In this document: piece by piece, positions 1 to 9,536 of the stretch
Layout: the number at the start of each line of letters is the position of its first letter
Position numbering within the stretch: position 1 is the first letter of the stretch
Assembly: GCA_045651985.1 (NCBI GenBank)
Contig: JAZRTK010000010.1
Location: forward strand, 19,857-83,856
DNA from: Eubacteriales bacterium
Lineage (GTDB): Bacteria; Bacillota; Clostridia; Oscillospirales; CAG-272
Reading direction: 5' to 3'
Length of the DNA stretch: 64,000 nt
The notes under the pieces: generated by a model
Told to the model about the DNA's origin: nothing
Databases searched by the model: none
The model's input: the letters and a program-made list of their open reading frames with translations, nothing else
Made by a program: the position numbers and the translations under genes

Positions 1-978
1 TGCCGCCTGCATTTCGGCACCGTCAAGGTATGCGATATTGCAGCGGGGAATAGCCTTTTCAGCAAGAGGTGCCTTGGGGATAATTCCGTTTGCGGCGATT
101 ATCTGGGATGCCTCCTTGGGGTTGTCGTTTACGTATTGAATTGACGCTGCATAGTCTGCAAGGAACGCATCAAGCTCGTTCTTGTGAGCCTCTATAAATT
201 CTTTTCTGGCAACGAGACAGCCCTGTACCAGAGACTTGCCGCCGCTTACCTGAGACCAGATGTCCTCCAATGCAACTAAGATTCTGACCTTTTCGTTCTG
301 GGACGTAACTGCCGTAACCTTGGGCTCGGGAAGGATCGCAAATTCTACCATGTTGGTAGCGATAGCGGTTGCAAGCTCGTCGGGTGTATTGTAGGTAAAG
401 TCAAGGAAAATGTCCTGACCTACAACAAGACCGATTGCATCAAGCAGATATTTTGAAATGAACTCGGGGTTTGCGCCCTGATTGCAGCAGTAGATAGTCT
501 TGCCTGCGATGTCGTCGAGAGATGTTACTTCAGAGGTGGTGAGCATGTAGAGTACGCCCAGGGTGTTGACAGCAACTACCTGAACGCCGCCGTTTGTTTT
601 GTTGTAGAGAACAGCGGCTAAGTTTGTGGGTACTGCCGCCATATCGGCGGTTCCGCTGATGATAGCGCCCGAAGCCAGACTCGCGTCGGAGACGATATCA
701 AAATTGTACTTGAAAGTAGAAGTCCCCTTTGCGTTTTCGTCCATTATCTGAGCAAATCCCATGCCTGTCGTGCCCGCGATAACGGTCACGTTGATCTCAA
801 GATCATTATTTACGGGATCGTCTGTCTTTTCTGTGTCGGGGGTCTGTGTGTCGCCCGTGTCTACGGGTGTATTCTGTGTTTCGGGCAGGTTTGTTTCGTT
901 ATCCTTTGCACCGCCGCCGCATGCGACGAGGGCGAGAATAAGTAAAAGTACCAGTGTGCCGGCTAAAAGTCTTTTCAT
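1..978 (-). CDS. ABC-transporter substrate-binding lipoprotein (NMT1/SsuA/TauA-like binding fold); C-terminus lies beyond the window edge
   Basis: Own translation of the minus strand from ATG 978, with SD AAGGAAG upstream. MKRLLAGTLVLLLILALVACGGG is a signal peptide plus lipobox Cys. A T/P/D-rich linker follows, then a binding-protein-like body (VTVIAGTTGMGFAQIM...). It is absent from the ORF track because it is open at position 1. Confidence 0.6.
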   Translation of the reverse strand, partial: MKRLLAGTLVLLLILALVACGGGAKDNETNLPETQNTPVDTGDTQTPDTEKTDDPVNNDLEINVTVIAGTTGMGFAQIMDENAKGTSTFKYNFDIVSDASLASGAIISGTADMAAVPTNLAAVLYNKTNGGVQVVAVNTLGVLYMLTTSEVTSLDDIAGKTIYCCNQGANPEFISKYLLDAIGLVVGQDIFLDFTYNTPDELATAIATNMVEFAILPEPKVTAVTSQNEKVRILVALEDIWSQVSGGKSLVQGCLVARKEFIEAHKNELDAFLADYAASIQYVNDNPKEASQIIAANGIIPKAPLAEKAIPRCNIAYLDGAEMQAA

Positions 979-992
979 AATGATTTCTTCCT

Positions 993-1664
993 TTAATTGT
1001 ATTTTTTATTCAAAAACTCACGGTCTGTGATCGTGAGAAATTTACCGTTTTTGATTATGAGACCGTCGCTCTTCAGCTTTTCAAAAGCTCGGTAAAGGGA
1101 AGCACGGCCTATATTGAGAATGTCCGAGAGGGTGACTGCGGGGACGTCAAGCGTTATCTCATTTGAGTTTGCCTCGGAGCAGAGGGAATAAATGTAAAGA
1201 GCCAAACGCCGCTCGGCACTTCCTGCCGTGAAGCAGGCGATGCGTCCCGTGAGAAAGCGTATCCTGCCCGTTAGAAAGCCGATATAGTTATACATGGCGC
1301 GGCTGCTTGATTCAAAGAGCCGTCCCACCGCCTTTTCGGTGATGAACAGAACGGTGCAGGGGGTTTTTGCCTTTACGCGGCTGATGAAATCCTCGCTTCC
1401 GCCGAAAAGACTTGCAACGCCGAACATATTTCCTCGTCCCAGTGTGCGAAGAACTACCTGCCGTCCGCTGTCGGAGGAGTAGACCACGGCGCTGCCCGAA
1501 AGAATAACGCACAAGCGATTTTCACCGTTTTCGCAGGATTCTATTATCTGGTCCCGACGAAAGTTTTTCTCGGTCGAGCCGTCTGACAGCATCAGAGTCA
1601 GCTTATCCTCCTCAACGCCCGCAAAAAGTGGCAGCTCGGAGATCAACTTTATTTTTTCTTTCAT
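993..1664 (-). CDS. Crp/Fnr family transcriptional regulator
   Basis: 223 aa. The N-terminus is a cNMP-binding-like barrel (LPLFAGVEEDKL...GNMFGVASLFGG). The C-terminus is an HTH (TLSDILNIGRASLYRAFEKLKSDGLI). Confidence 0.8.
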   Translation of the reverse strand: MKEKIKLISELPLFAGVEEDKLTLMLSDGSTEKNFRRDQIIESCENGENRLCVILSGSAVVYSSDSGRQVVLRTLGRGNMFGVASLFGGSEDFISRVKAKTPCTVLFITEKAVGRLFESSSRAMYNYIGFLTGRIRFLTGRIACFTAGSAERRLALYIYSLCSEANSNEITLDVPAVTLSDILNIGRASLYRAFEKLKSDGLIIKNGKFLTITDREFLNKKYN

Positions 1665-1741
1665 TTCGACCTCCTTTAAAAGTGTATCAAATGAGACACT
1701 TATATTATACTCATTCTTTTGTACTTTGTCAACCCCAAAAA

Positions 1742-1768
1742 TAAAAAAAGTGCCAAATTTTTGGCACT
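1742..1768 (-). terminator. rho-independent terminator after queA (palindromic, usable both ways)
   Basis: The stem AGTGCCAA/TTGGCACT spans 1749-1768. It is flanked by an A-run (1743-1749) and a T-run (1768-1772). Confidence 0.7.
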
Positions 1769-1788
1769 TTTTTAATAATTATTCCTAT

Positions 1789-2865
1789 TTATTCAATAAA
1801 CATCGCATCGCCAAAAGAGAAGAAACGGTATTTTTTATCAACCGCTGTGCGGTATGCTTCCATGATGCCCTCTCGGTTGTAAAGCGCGGAGACAAGCATG
1901 AGCAGGGTGCTTTCGGGCAGGTGAAAATTGGTGATAAGTGCGTCAACAGCCTTAAATTTGTATCCGGGATAGATAAAAATTCCCGTGTCGCTTTCCATAG
2001 CTTGGATTTTTCCGTCGTCGGTGGCAACGCTTTCAAGCGTACGGCAAGAGGTGGTGCCCACCGCAATAATTCGTCCGCCGTCAGCACGGCGCTCATTGAT
2101 TATGCGCGCACTTTCCTCGGAGACGAGAATATGCTCAGAGTGCATGATGTGCTCGTCAATTTTGTCTGCTTTTACGGGGCGGAACGTTCCAAGACCCACG
2201 TGGAGCATAACGGGAACTACGCTTACGCCCTTTGCCCGAATGGCGTCAAGCAGCTCGGGAGTAAAGTGAAGACCCGCTGTGGGAGCTGCTGCCGAGCCTT
2301 CCGTCTTTGCGTATACTGTCTGATAGCGGTCGCGGTCGCGGAGCTGCTCGGTTATGTAAGGCGGCAAGGGCATAAGTCCTATTTCGCTCAAAATATTGTA
2401 GATATTTTCGTATTTTGCGCGGTCGTATTCGAAGCGAATGAGTCGGTTTCCTTCCTCAACTATATCCACGATCTCGCCGCGTAAGATCCCGCCGCCGAAA
2501 AACAAGCGGCTTCCTATTTTTGCACGCTTGCCCGGCTTTACGAGCGTTTCCCAGGTATCAAGACCGTGTGATTTGAGCAACAGAAGCTCGATCTTTGCGT
2601 CTTCTTTGCCCTCGGAATGGCCGTAAAGGCGGGCGGGAATGACCTTTGAGTCGTTTATTACAAGAACGTCGCCTGCGTTGAGATAGTCGATTATATTAAA
2701 GAATTTTTTGTGCTCGATCTCACCCGTTTTGCGGTGTACCACCATAAGAGAGGAGCAGTCACGCTTCTCGGCGGGGTGCTGAGCAATAAGCTCCTGCGGA
2801 AGATCGTAATAAAAATCGGAGGTTTTCAGCTCCGTAGGTTTTTTCTCGTTTACGATAACAGACAT
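1789..2865 (-). CDS. queA: S-adenosylmethionine:tRNA ribosyltransferase-isomerase
   Basis: 358 aa. [20 protein letters not shown] and [29 protein letters not shown] are typical QueA blocks. Confidence 0.92.
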   Translation of the reverse strand: MSVIVNEKKPTELKTSDFYYDLPQELIAQHPAEKRDCSSLMVVHRKTGEIEHKKFFNIIDYLNAGDVLVINDSKVIPARLYGHSEGKEDAKIELLLLKSHGLDTWETLVKPGKRAKIGSRLFFGGGILRGEIVDIVEEGNRLIRFEYDRAKYENIYNILSEIGLMPLPPYITEQLRDRDRYQTVYAKTEGSAAAPTAGLHFTPELLDAIRAKGVSVVPVMLHVGLGTFRPVKADKIDEHIMHSEHILVSEESARIINERRADGGRIIAVGTTSCRTLESVATDDGKIQAMESDTGIFIYPGYKFKAVDALITNFHLPESTLLMLVSALYNREGIMEAYRTAVDKKYRFFSFGDAMFIE

Positions 2866-2978
2866 AATAAAACCGCCCGTTTAGGGCGTCCTTTTCTTTG
2901 ATTTTTTATCTTTTCCGAAACTTACGGCTCATAGCGTCATAAACTGAAATGAGTATAATTTTCGGGGAGGACTTAATA

Positions 2979-3878
2979 ATGAAGAAAACAATATTTTGCG
3001 GCAGTGCCACCGCTGTGGTCACACCATTTACGGGCGGTGCTGTGGATTATTTTGCATTTGAGCGTTTGCTCTTGCGCCAGATCGAATCGGGGACTGACGG
3101 AATTGTGGTATGCGGCACTACGGGAGAGGCTTCGACACTTTCCAGCGAGGAGCAAGCAGAGGTAGTGCGCTTTGCACGGTCGGTTGTGGGCGGAAAAATT
3201 CCGCTTATTGCGGGAACGGGATCAAACGATACAGCCACCGCCTGCAAGAGAACGAAAAATGCCACCGATGCGGGTGCGGACGGTGTGCTCGTGGTCACGC
3301 CCTACTACAACAAAGCCACGCAAAAAGGGTTGGTCTACCATTATGAGGCGGTGGCAGCATCCACCGACCTGCCCGTAATTCTCTACAATGTCCCAACGCG
3401 TACCTGTGTTGACGTTTCGGTGGATACATACGAAAAGCTGTGTGCGGTAGAGAATATTGCGGGGGTAAAGGAAGCAAGCCCCGATATCGTCAAAATCGGG
3501 GACATTATCCGTCGGTGCGGTGACAGTCTGCCCGTGTATTCCGGCAACGACGACATGGCTCTGCCCATAATTTTTTTGGGCGGAAAGGGAGTGATCTCGG
3601 TGGCGGGAAACCTTATCCCAAGCGAGATGTACGCCCTTTGCCGTGCCGCACTTTCGGGGGATTACAGATTGGCAGTTGAGCTTCACATGAAGTATCTGCC
3701 GCTCATGCGCGGACTTTTCTGCACGGTCAATCCCATAGCGGTAAAGACCGCTCTGCACATGATGGGACTGTGTAGCGGGGAATTTCGCCTGCCTATGTGC
3801 GAGCCTGAGGGTGACGTGCTTGAAAAAATCAAGAATTTGCTTATACGTTACAGCTTGATTCAGCCCGCAAAGGGGTGA
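2979..3878 (+). CDS. dapA: 4-hydroxy-tetrahydrodipicolinate synthase
   Basis: VVCGTTGEASTLS, TPYYNK and GVKEAS blocks are present. SD GGAGG (2966-2970) lies 8 nt before ATG 2979. The track start at 2949 would contain the -10-like TATAAT (2954-2959), so I rejected it. Confidence 0.9.
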   Translation: MKKTIFCGSATAVVTPFTGGAVDYFAFERLLLRQIESGTDGIVVCGTTGEASTLSSEEQAEVVRFARSVVGGKIPLIAGTGSNDTATACKRTKNATDAGADGVLVVTPYYNKATQKGLVYHYEAVAASTDLPVILYNVPTRTCVDVSVDTYEKLCAVENIAGVKEASPDIVKIGDIIRRCGDSLPVYSGNDDMALPIIFLGGKGVISVAGNLIPSEMYALCRAALSGDYRLAVELHMKYLPLMRGLFCTVNPIAVKTALHMMGLCSGEFRLPMCEPEGDVLEKIKNLLIRYSLIQPAKG

Positions 3879-4531
3879 AGATCACATTCCGTGCGCATTT
3901 TTGCGATCACCGCGCGGGGCTTGGGTGAACGGAAGATGGCGGAGCCCGCAACGATAACGTTTGCGCCGTTTGCGGAAGCCAGCCATACGTTTTCGGCTGT
4001 GATCCCGCCGTCGACCTCGACGTTGGTTGCAAGTCCTCTCGCCGTTATCTCTCGGCGGAGCAGACGGCACTTGTCAAGGGTCTCGGGGATCATCTTCTGA
4101 CCGCCAAAACCGGGTTCTACCGTCATGACCAGCACCATGTCAAGTCGATCAAGGTAAGGGAGGAGAACCTCCGCAGGTGTTTTGGGCGAGACTGCCATGG
4201 CTACTTTCACGTCGTGGTCGTGAACGTATTCGATTATCTCGTCAGCCTTTTCGGTCGCTTCGTAGTGGAAGCAGATAATGTCTGCTCCCGCCTTTATGTA
4301 GTCGTCAATGTAGCGCTCGGGCTTTTCGATCATCAGGTGGACGTCGAAGAGCAGCTTGCTCTGCTTTCTCACCGAAGCGATGACCGCAGGACCGAAGCTG
4401 ATGTTGGGAACGAAAGCGCCGTCCATAACGTCAAGGTGCAGATAGTTTGCGCCGCAGGCTTCAATTTTCGTAACCTCCTCGCCAAGGCGAGAAAAATCGG
4501 CGGCGAGAACAGAGGGAGAAACGTAGATCAT
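3860..4531 (-). CDS. rpe: ribulose-phosphate 3-epimerase
   Basis: MIYVSPSVLAADFSRLGEEV...HLDVMDGAFVPNISFG...MTVEPGFGGQ. SD GGAAAGGAAACC precedes ATG 4531, so the 19-codon upstream extension in the track was rejected. Confidence 0.9.
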   Translation of the reverse strand: MIYVSPSVLAADFSRLGEEVTKIEACGANYLHLDVMDGAFVPNISFGPAVIASVRKQSKLLFDVHLMIEKPERYIDDYIKAGADIICFHYEATEKADEIIEYVHDHDVKVAMAVSPKTPAEVLLPYLDRLDMVLVMTVEPGFGGQKMIPETLDKCRLLRREITARGLATNVEVDGGITAENVWLASANGANVIVAGSAIFRSPKPRAVIAKMRTECDLHPFAG

Positions 4532-4731
4532 TTTGGTTTCCTTTCTTTGATGTGCCAAAGGTCGGGTCAAATCGACACCGCTCGGCATAAAATATGGAAA
4601 AGGGATTAATTTCCGTGGAAAATGAGCGTCTTTTTGCGGGGAAAGGCCGAAGAAAAGCAGGGAAGTGAGATTTTTTGCGTACTCCGCAAATAACGCAGGA
4701 CCGAGACCGCCTTATTTGAGGCGGTTTCGTT

Positions 4732-5208
4732 TTATTTTTTGGCAAGCAGACATACAGCGTGGGCGGCGATTCCTTTTTTTTCGCCCGTAAATCCCAGCTT
4801 TTCCTCGGTGGTGGCCTTTACACTGACACAGTCGGCGTCTACGCCTATAGCGTCGGCAATATTTTTTCTCATCTGTTCAATATAAGGAGCAAACTTTGGC
4901 GCCTGGGCAAGAATCGTTGAATCAATATTTGATACAGCGTAGCCGTGGTTGCCTATGATCTTTGCCACCTGTCGCAAAAGCTCAATGCTGTCAGCACCCT
5001 TGTAGTGCTCGTCGGTATCGGGGAAATGCTTTCCGATGTCGCCCAGTGCCAAAGCGCCGAGCATTGAGTCCATTATGGCGTGAACAAGTACGTCCGCGTC
5101 GCTGTGACCCAGAAGTCCGACCTCGTATGGAATATTGACTCCGCCGATGATAAGCGGACGACCCTCTGTCAGACGGTGAACGTCGTATCCGTGACCTATT
5201 CTGAACAT
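4732..5208 (-). CDS. ispF: 2-C-methyl-D-erythritol 2,4-cyclodiphosphate synthase
   Basis: 158 aa. [13 protein letters not shown]...[11 protein letters not shown]... is the canonical IspF signature. Confidence 0.93.
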   Translation of the reverse strand: MFRIGHGYDVHRLTEGRPLIIGGVNIPYEVGLLGHSDADVLVHAIMDSMLGALALGDIGKHFPDTDEHYKGADSIELLRQVAKIIGNHGYAVSNIDSTILAQAPKFAPYIEQMRKNIADAIGVDADCVSVKATTEEKLGFTGEKKGIAAHAVCLLAKK

Positions 5209-5981
5209 TGGGAATTCACTTCCTTTCGTTCTGTCAAGATCCGCTCGGCGGTTTTAATGTCCCGTGCGGTGGTGATTTTGAGATTTTCGCCGGAACATTC
5301 TATCAGCTTGACCTTCTGGTTTATGCGCTCGCAAAGCATACAGTCGTCGGTGGCTTCAAAGCCCTCCTCACGGGCGGTGTAAGCGGCGGCGCAGTAAAGA
5401 GTACGTCGGAACACTTGGGGAGTTTGCGCCAAGCGCACCTTTGTACGGTCAACGGTCTCGGAGATAAATCCCTTGGAATCGGATATCTTTACCGTGTCGA
5501 AGGCGGAAACGGAAGCCGTTGCTGCTCCGTACTTGTAAGCGGCAAGAAGCACCTTTTCTATCTCCTCGGGGGTGACAAGACAGCGCGCGCCGTCGTGTAT
5601 AGCAACGAAATCCGCCTTTTCGTCCGTCGCGTTGAATCCGTTCAAGATCGATTCCTGGCGTGTGTCGCCGCCCTTTACGGCAACCTTAAACTTTGTGATC
5701 CCGTACTGTCGGGCAAAGTCCGCGTACCTGTCCACCTCGCCTTCCTTTGCCACCACCACGATCTCGGAGATCCTGGGACAGCTTTCAAAGGCAAGCAGGG
5801 TGTGGACGATAACGGGCAGACCGCAAATTGTCATCATTTGTTTTGTGACGTCACCGCCTAAGCGTGTTGAACTTCCGCCTGCGGCGATAATGGCAGAGAC
5901 AAAATAGCTGTCTCTTTTGTTGCCGCCCGCGGTGTGAAACAGATCGCCCAGGGTCGAGAAGAATTTGTTTATGTCAGCCAT
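5196..5981 (-). CDS. ispD: 2-C-methyl-D-erythritol 4-phosphate cytidylyltransferase (with a ~25-aa N-terminal extension if ATG 5981 is used)
   Basis: [13 protein letters not shown]...KQ glycine-rich loop, plus VAIHDGARC. It overlaps ispF by 13 nt and touches the rpiB stop (TAATG). The exact start is uncertain. Confidence 0.85.
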   Translation of the reverse strand: MADINKFFSTLGDLFHTAGGNKRDSYFVSAIIAAGGSSTRLGGDVTKQMMTICGLPVIVHTLLAFESCPRISEIVVVAKEGEVDRYADFARQYGITKFKVAVKGGDTRQESILNGFNATDEKADFVAIHDGARCLVTPEEIEKVLLAAYKYGAATASVSAFDTVKISDSKGFISETVDRTKVRLAQTPQVFRRTLYCAAAYTAREEGFEATDDCMLCERINQKVKLIECSGENLKITTARDIKTAERILTERKEVNSQCSE

Positions 5982-6442
5982 TATTTCAGCGCGTCGAAAT
6001 TGCCTTCTTCGGTGGCGGTGATGAGATCAACTCGAGCAGCGTGTCTGCCCCCCTCGAATTCTGCCTCAAGGAACGCGTTCACAAGGTCCATAGCCACGCC
6101 GTAGCCCACAACTCTCGCGCCAAAGCAGAGAACGTTTGCATCGTTGTGGTTTCTGGTCAGTCTTGCGCTGAATACGTCGGAGCAGCAAGCTGCGCGGATC
6201 CCCTTGTGCTTGTTTGCGCAGAGGGACATTCCGATGCCTGTGCCGCAGATGAGGATTCCAAGCTCACGCTCGCCGCTCTGTATTTTCGTGCAAAGCTCGT
6301 GAGCGACAGCGGGATAAGAGCAGCTTTCTTCGGAATATGTTCCTACGTCAAGGACGTCGTAGCCCGTATCCTTCAATGACGCGATCACTTGGTTCTTGAG
6401 CTGAAATCCTGCGTGGTCGCAGCCGATAACTATTTTTTTCAT
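5981..6442 (-). CDS. rpiB: ribose-5-phosphate isomerase B (RpiB/LacA/LacB family)
   Basis: 153 aa. MKKIVIGCDHAGFQLK...ILICGTGIGMS... Confidence 0.9.
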   Translation of the reverse strand: MKKIVIGCDHAGFQLKNQVIASLKDTGYDVLDVGTYSEESCSYPAVAHELCTKIQSGERELGILICGTGIGMSLCANKHKGIRAACCSDVFSARLTRNHNDANVLCFGARVVGYGVAMDLVNAFLEAEFEGGRHAARVDLITATEEGNFDALK

Positions 6443-6468
6443 TTTTGTTTTCTCCTTTATGCCGTTTG

Positions 6469-7155
6469 TTAATTTCCGTTTTCTTTTTCCGCTCTCGTCC
6501 TCTCGGCCTGCGATGGGCGGAGATAAGTGGGAGCGATCAGCTCATCGCTTGTGTACCTGCCCTCGCCGAACGCTTTGAGCGCGCACATGGCTACCGAATA
6601 GCCGTTCTGATGCATAAGAGGCTCGGGCACGTATTCGTACTTGCCCGTCAGCAGAAACGCGCCGTCACCGCAGATGCGGACAGGCTCGTTGTAGCTTTTT
6701 AGTTCTTCTTCAAGCTCTTCAACCCCCACAGCGCGGTCTGGACAAAGACGCTCAATGTTTCCCTTGCCGTCACAGCGGAATAGGGCGTTGTAGACCTGAT
6801 TTCGCCGAGCGTTCATACAGGGGCAGAGAATACCTTCAAAGGAGCAGAGATTATACGCCAGCGCTTCGAGCGTTGAAACGCCCACGCAGGGCTTTTCGCG
6901 ACCAAATGCAAGACCCTTTACCGTTGCCGCGCCGATTCGAACGCCCGTAAACGAGCCGGGACCCTCGGAAAGAGCGAAAAGCTCTACGTCGTCTACGGTC
7001 AGATTCGTTGCTTTGAGTGCCGATTCCACCATTGGGAGCAGGGTCTCGCTGTGGGTGTTTCCCGCGTTTACCGTGTAGCAGGAGAGCAGCTTTTTTCCGT
7101 CGCACACTGCCACAGACGCCACGACTGCCGTGCTGTCAAGTGCCAAAATTATCAT
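6469..7155 (-). CDS. tsaB: tRNA t6A37 threonylcarbamoyltransferase complex dimerisation subunit TsaB
   Basis: 228 aa. MIILALDSTAVVASVAV...GPGSFTGVRIG... Confidence 0.85.
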   Translation of the reverse strand: MIILALDSTAVVASVAVCDGKKLLSCYTVNAGNTHSETLLPMVESALKATNLTVDDVELFALSEGPGSFTGVRIGAATVKGLAFGREKPCVGVSTLEALAYNLCSFEGILCPCMNARRNQVYNALFRCDGKGNIERLCPDRAVGVEELEEELKSYNEPVRICGDGAFLLTGKYEYVPEPLMHQNGYSVAMCALKAFGEGRYTSDELIAPTYLRPSQAERTRAEKENGN

Positions 7156-7613
7156 ATGTCCGCACCTCTCATAAGCTCAATTATGACCTCCCGACTGTCG
7201 GGATCGTCAAGGTCATTTTTTCTGATCTCTACCCGATAATAAGCGTCGGGCAGGGCATATTCAATGTTTTCCGTCCATTCGGTTATGCATATCCCCGCGC
7301 GGTCGGCGTAGTCGTAAAAGCCGATAGAGTAAAGATCGTCCTCTCCCGTTATTCTGTAAAGGTCGAAATGAAAGACGGAAAGAGGCTTTGCCTTGTACTC
7401 GTTGACAAGCGCAAAGGTTGGAGAGCGCACGGTGCTCTGAGGAGCTATTTCACCCGTAAAACCGCGCACAAATGCGGTCTTGCCAACGCCCAGGTCTCCA
7501 TATAGTGCCACAAAGTGAGGTGCGCTTGCGTCTTCCTTTATAATTTTTGCCAACTCCGCACCCAGAGATTCGGTCTGGGTTGCGGAATCGGTGATTTTCC
7601 TGAAAATAAGCAT
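7152..7613 (-). CDS. tsaE: tRNA t6A37 ATPase subunit TsaE
   Basis: P-loop LYGDLGVGKT plus HFDLYR. The start was moved to ATG 7613 (MLIFRKI...) because the 40-codon extension in the track is AT-rich promoter sequence. It overlaps tsaB by 4 nt. Confidence 0.85.
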   Translation of the reverse strand: MLIFRKITDSATQTESLGAELAKIIKEDASAPHFVALYGDLGVGKTAFVRGFTGEIAPQSTVRSPTFALVNEYKAKPLSVFHFDLYRITGEDDLYSIGFYDYADRAGICITEWTENIEYALPDAYYRVEIRKNDLDDPDSREVIIELMRGADI

Positions 7614-7739
7614 TTTTTGCGTCCTTGTGAATATAGATAATATATTATAGCACATTTTTGCGCGGGTGTAAATACAAAATATGAAAATTCTGAAAATAAG
7701 GATTATTTCACCAAAGTGTGATTTTTTTGCCAAAACCTC

Positions 7740-7768
7740 TTGACAAAAGGGAAAAAGGATGGTAAAAT
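7740..7768 (+). promoter_or_regulatory. sigma-A type promoter of the T-box/leuA-like operon
   Basis: TTGACA (7740-7745), an exact 17-nt spacer, then TGgTAAAAT (extended -10, 7763-7768). Confidence 0.65.
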
Positions 7769-7785
7769 GTTCGTATATTTTTTAA

Positions 7786-8064
7786 AAGCGTTGAAGAAAT
7801 TATTCGCTTTCCCGAGGGCTACAGAGAGTCGGCGGTTGGTGTGAGCCGATGCGGTAGGTTAAGCGGAGTCTCGTTTCCGAGCTTGATGCCCGAATGAAAA
7901 GTAAGGTGTCACGGTCGCCCCGTTATCGGCTGAGAGCTTAAAGGATTTTACACAGCCGAGAGCTCAAGAGTGATTCCTTGCCGCAAGGCGGGGTTTTAAC
8001 AGGGTGGTACCGCGAAAAAGTATTTTCGTCCCTGAGGCTTTTAGCCTTGGGGACTTTTTGTTTT
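7786..8064 (+). promoter_or_regulatory. T-box riboswitch leader, probable Leu (CUC) specifier, with intrinsic terminator
   Basis: - Stem I base AAGC/GCUU with a K-turn-like GUUGA / CGA.
- AG bulge AGAGAG (7823-7828).
- Distal hairpin UCGGC-GGUUGGUGUGA-GCCGA.
- Specifier loop GAGU-CUC-G, with CUC at 7870-7872.
- T-box motif AACAGGGUGGUACCGCG (7998-8014), where UGGU would pair with tRNA ACCA.
- Terminator stem 8028-8054 followed by a U-run.
- CAGGG (8000-8004) can alternatively pair with CCCUG (8030-8034), which would form the antiterminator. Confidence 0.85.
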
Positions 8065-8105
8065 ACAATCCAAGAAAGGAACGCCTTTTTGGCAAGGTGG
8101 AAAAA

Positions 8106-9521
8106 ATGAAACAGATATCAATTACGGATGTAACGATCAAGCAGTCGGGCAGGGGAGCAGGCTATCAGCTGAGCTTTCGCGAAAAGATAGAGCTTGCAAA
8201 GCTTCTCGACCGACTTCACGTTGACACGATTGAATTGAATCCCGTTGAAAATATCAAGGTCGATAGCCTTCTTATAAAATCGGTTTGCTCGGCGGTAAAG
8301 GAAAGCGCGGTTGCTGTTCCCGTTGGCATGGACGAGGGCAATATCGACGCTATCTGGGCATCTATGGGCGAAGCAAAGCACCCGCGTCTTCAGGTACAGC
8401 TTCCCGTAAGTGCCGTTCAGATGGAATACATTGCGGGCAAGAAGCCGGCGGCGATGATAGAGCTTATCGGGGCGCTTGTTTCAAAGTGCAAGGCACTGTG
8501 TTCCGACGTTGAGTTTATCGCCGAGGACGCCACAAGAAGCGATATGCAGTTCCTTTCCGAGGCTATAAAAACGGCAATTTCGGCAGGTGCGGCCACCGTT
8601 ACAGTCTGCGACACCGCCGGAACCTCACTTCCTTCGGAATTTGAGGATTTTATTGAGAACATCACCGCAAACATTCCCGAGCTTTCGGGAGTTAGACTTG
8701 GCGTTTGCTGCTCTGACGCCCTGTCTATGGCAGACGGTTGCGCGGTTGCCTCTATCAAGGGCGGTGCGGTTGAGATCAAGGCGGCAGCTTACGGAGAAAC
8801 GACCGTAAGTCTTGCCAATATCGTAAAGATCCTCTCCGCGAAGGCTGACGTGCTTGACACGGCGACCACCGTCAACGCAACGCAAATAAAGCGTATCACC
8901 GACCAAATCGACTGGATGTGCCGCACCGACCGCTCAAAGAACTCTCCGTTCGACAGCGGAGTTCAGAGCGTGGGCGAGTCGTATCTGAGCGAGCATGACG
9001 ACCTTACCGCTGTTGCAAAAGCGGTGGCTCTTATGGGCTACGAGCTTTCCGACGAGGACAACGTGAAGGTCTTTGAGGCTTTCCAAAAGATCGCCGCAAA
9101 GAAAAAGACGGTAAGCGAAAAGGAGCTTGATGCAATCGTTGCGTCTGCCGCTTTGCAGGTTCCTCCCACATACAAGCTTGACGGATATATGATAAATACG
9201 GGCAACATCATCTCCGCCACCGCACATATAAAAATGGCGGAGGACGGTAAGATGACCGAGGGTATCAGCATCGGAGACGGTCCTATTGACGCGGCGTTCC
9301 TTGCCATTGAGCAGATCGTCGGACGCCACTTCGAGCTTGACGATTTCCAGATTCAGGCTGTTACCGAGGGCAGAGAGGCTATGGGCGAGTCTGTAGTAAA
9401 GCTTCGCAGCTCCGGAAAACTTTATTCGGGCAGAGGAATTTCCACCGACATTATCGGTGCAAGTATCAATGCTTACATCAACGCCTTAAATAAGATCGTT
9501 TACGAAGAAAAAGAGAACTGA
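8106..9521 (+). CDS. LeuA/CimA-family protein (HMGL-like TIM barrel plus LeuA dimerisation/regulatory domain) with degenerate catalytic motifs
   Basis: 471 aa from ATG 8106; the track start at 8004 lies inside the T-box terminator.
- Conserved with LeuA: EFIAEDATRSD, VTVCDTAGTSLP, and the C-terminal LeuA_dimer-like region GDGPIDAAFLAIEQIV...STDIIGASINAYINALNKI.
- LRDGEQ is replaced by VTIKQS.
- HxH(ND) is replaced by CCSD. Confidence 0.8.
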   Translation: MKQISITDVTIKQSGRGAGYQLSFREKIELAKLLDRLHVDTIELNPVENIKVDSLLIKSVCSAVKESAVAVPVGMDEGNIDAIWASMGEAKHPRLQVQLPVSAVQMEYIAGKKPAAMIELIGALVSKCKALCSDVEFIAEDATRSDMQFLSEAIKTAISAGAATVTVCDTAGTSLPSEFEDFIENITANIPELSGVRLGVCCSDALSMADGCAVASIKGGAVEIKAAAYGETTVSLANIVKILSAKADVLDTATTVNATQIKRITDQIDWMCRTDRSKNSPFDSGVQSVGESYLSEHDDLTAVAKAVALMGYELSDEDNVKVFEAFQKIAAKKKTVSEKELDAIVASAALQVPPTYKLDGYMINTGNIISATAHIKMAEDGKMTEGISIGDGPIDAAFLAIEQIVGRHFELDDFQIQAVTEGREAMGESVVKLRSSGKLYSGRGISTDIIGASINAYINALNKIVYEEKEN

Positions 9522-9536
9522 AAGGTGTCTTGAAAG

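Noticed and set aside
1726-2484. 252-aa ORF on the plus strand
   Set aside because: It is a shadow ORF opposite queA and begins inside the queA terminator.
8004-8105. The ORF-track 5' extension of the leuA-like gene. The same issue applies to the upstream starts at 2949, 4588, 7733, 16185, 19390, 27076, 32292, 38287, 44664, 50362 and 50366.
   Set aside because: The extensions run through T-box/terminator or promoter sequence, lack SDs, and add non-homologous residues. Internal starts with GGAG-type SDs reproduce the canonical N-termini.
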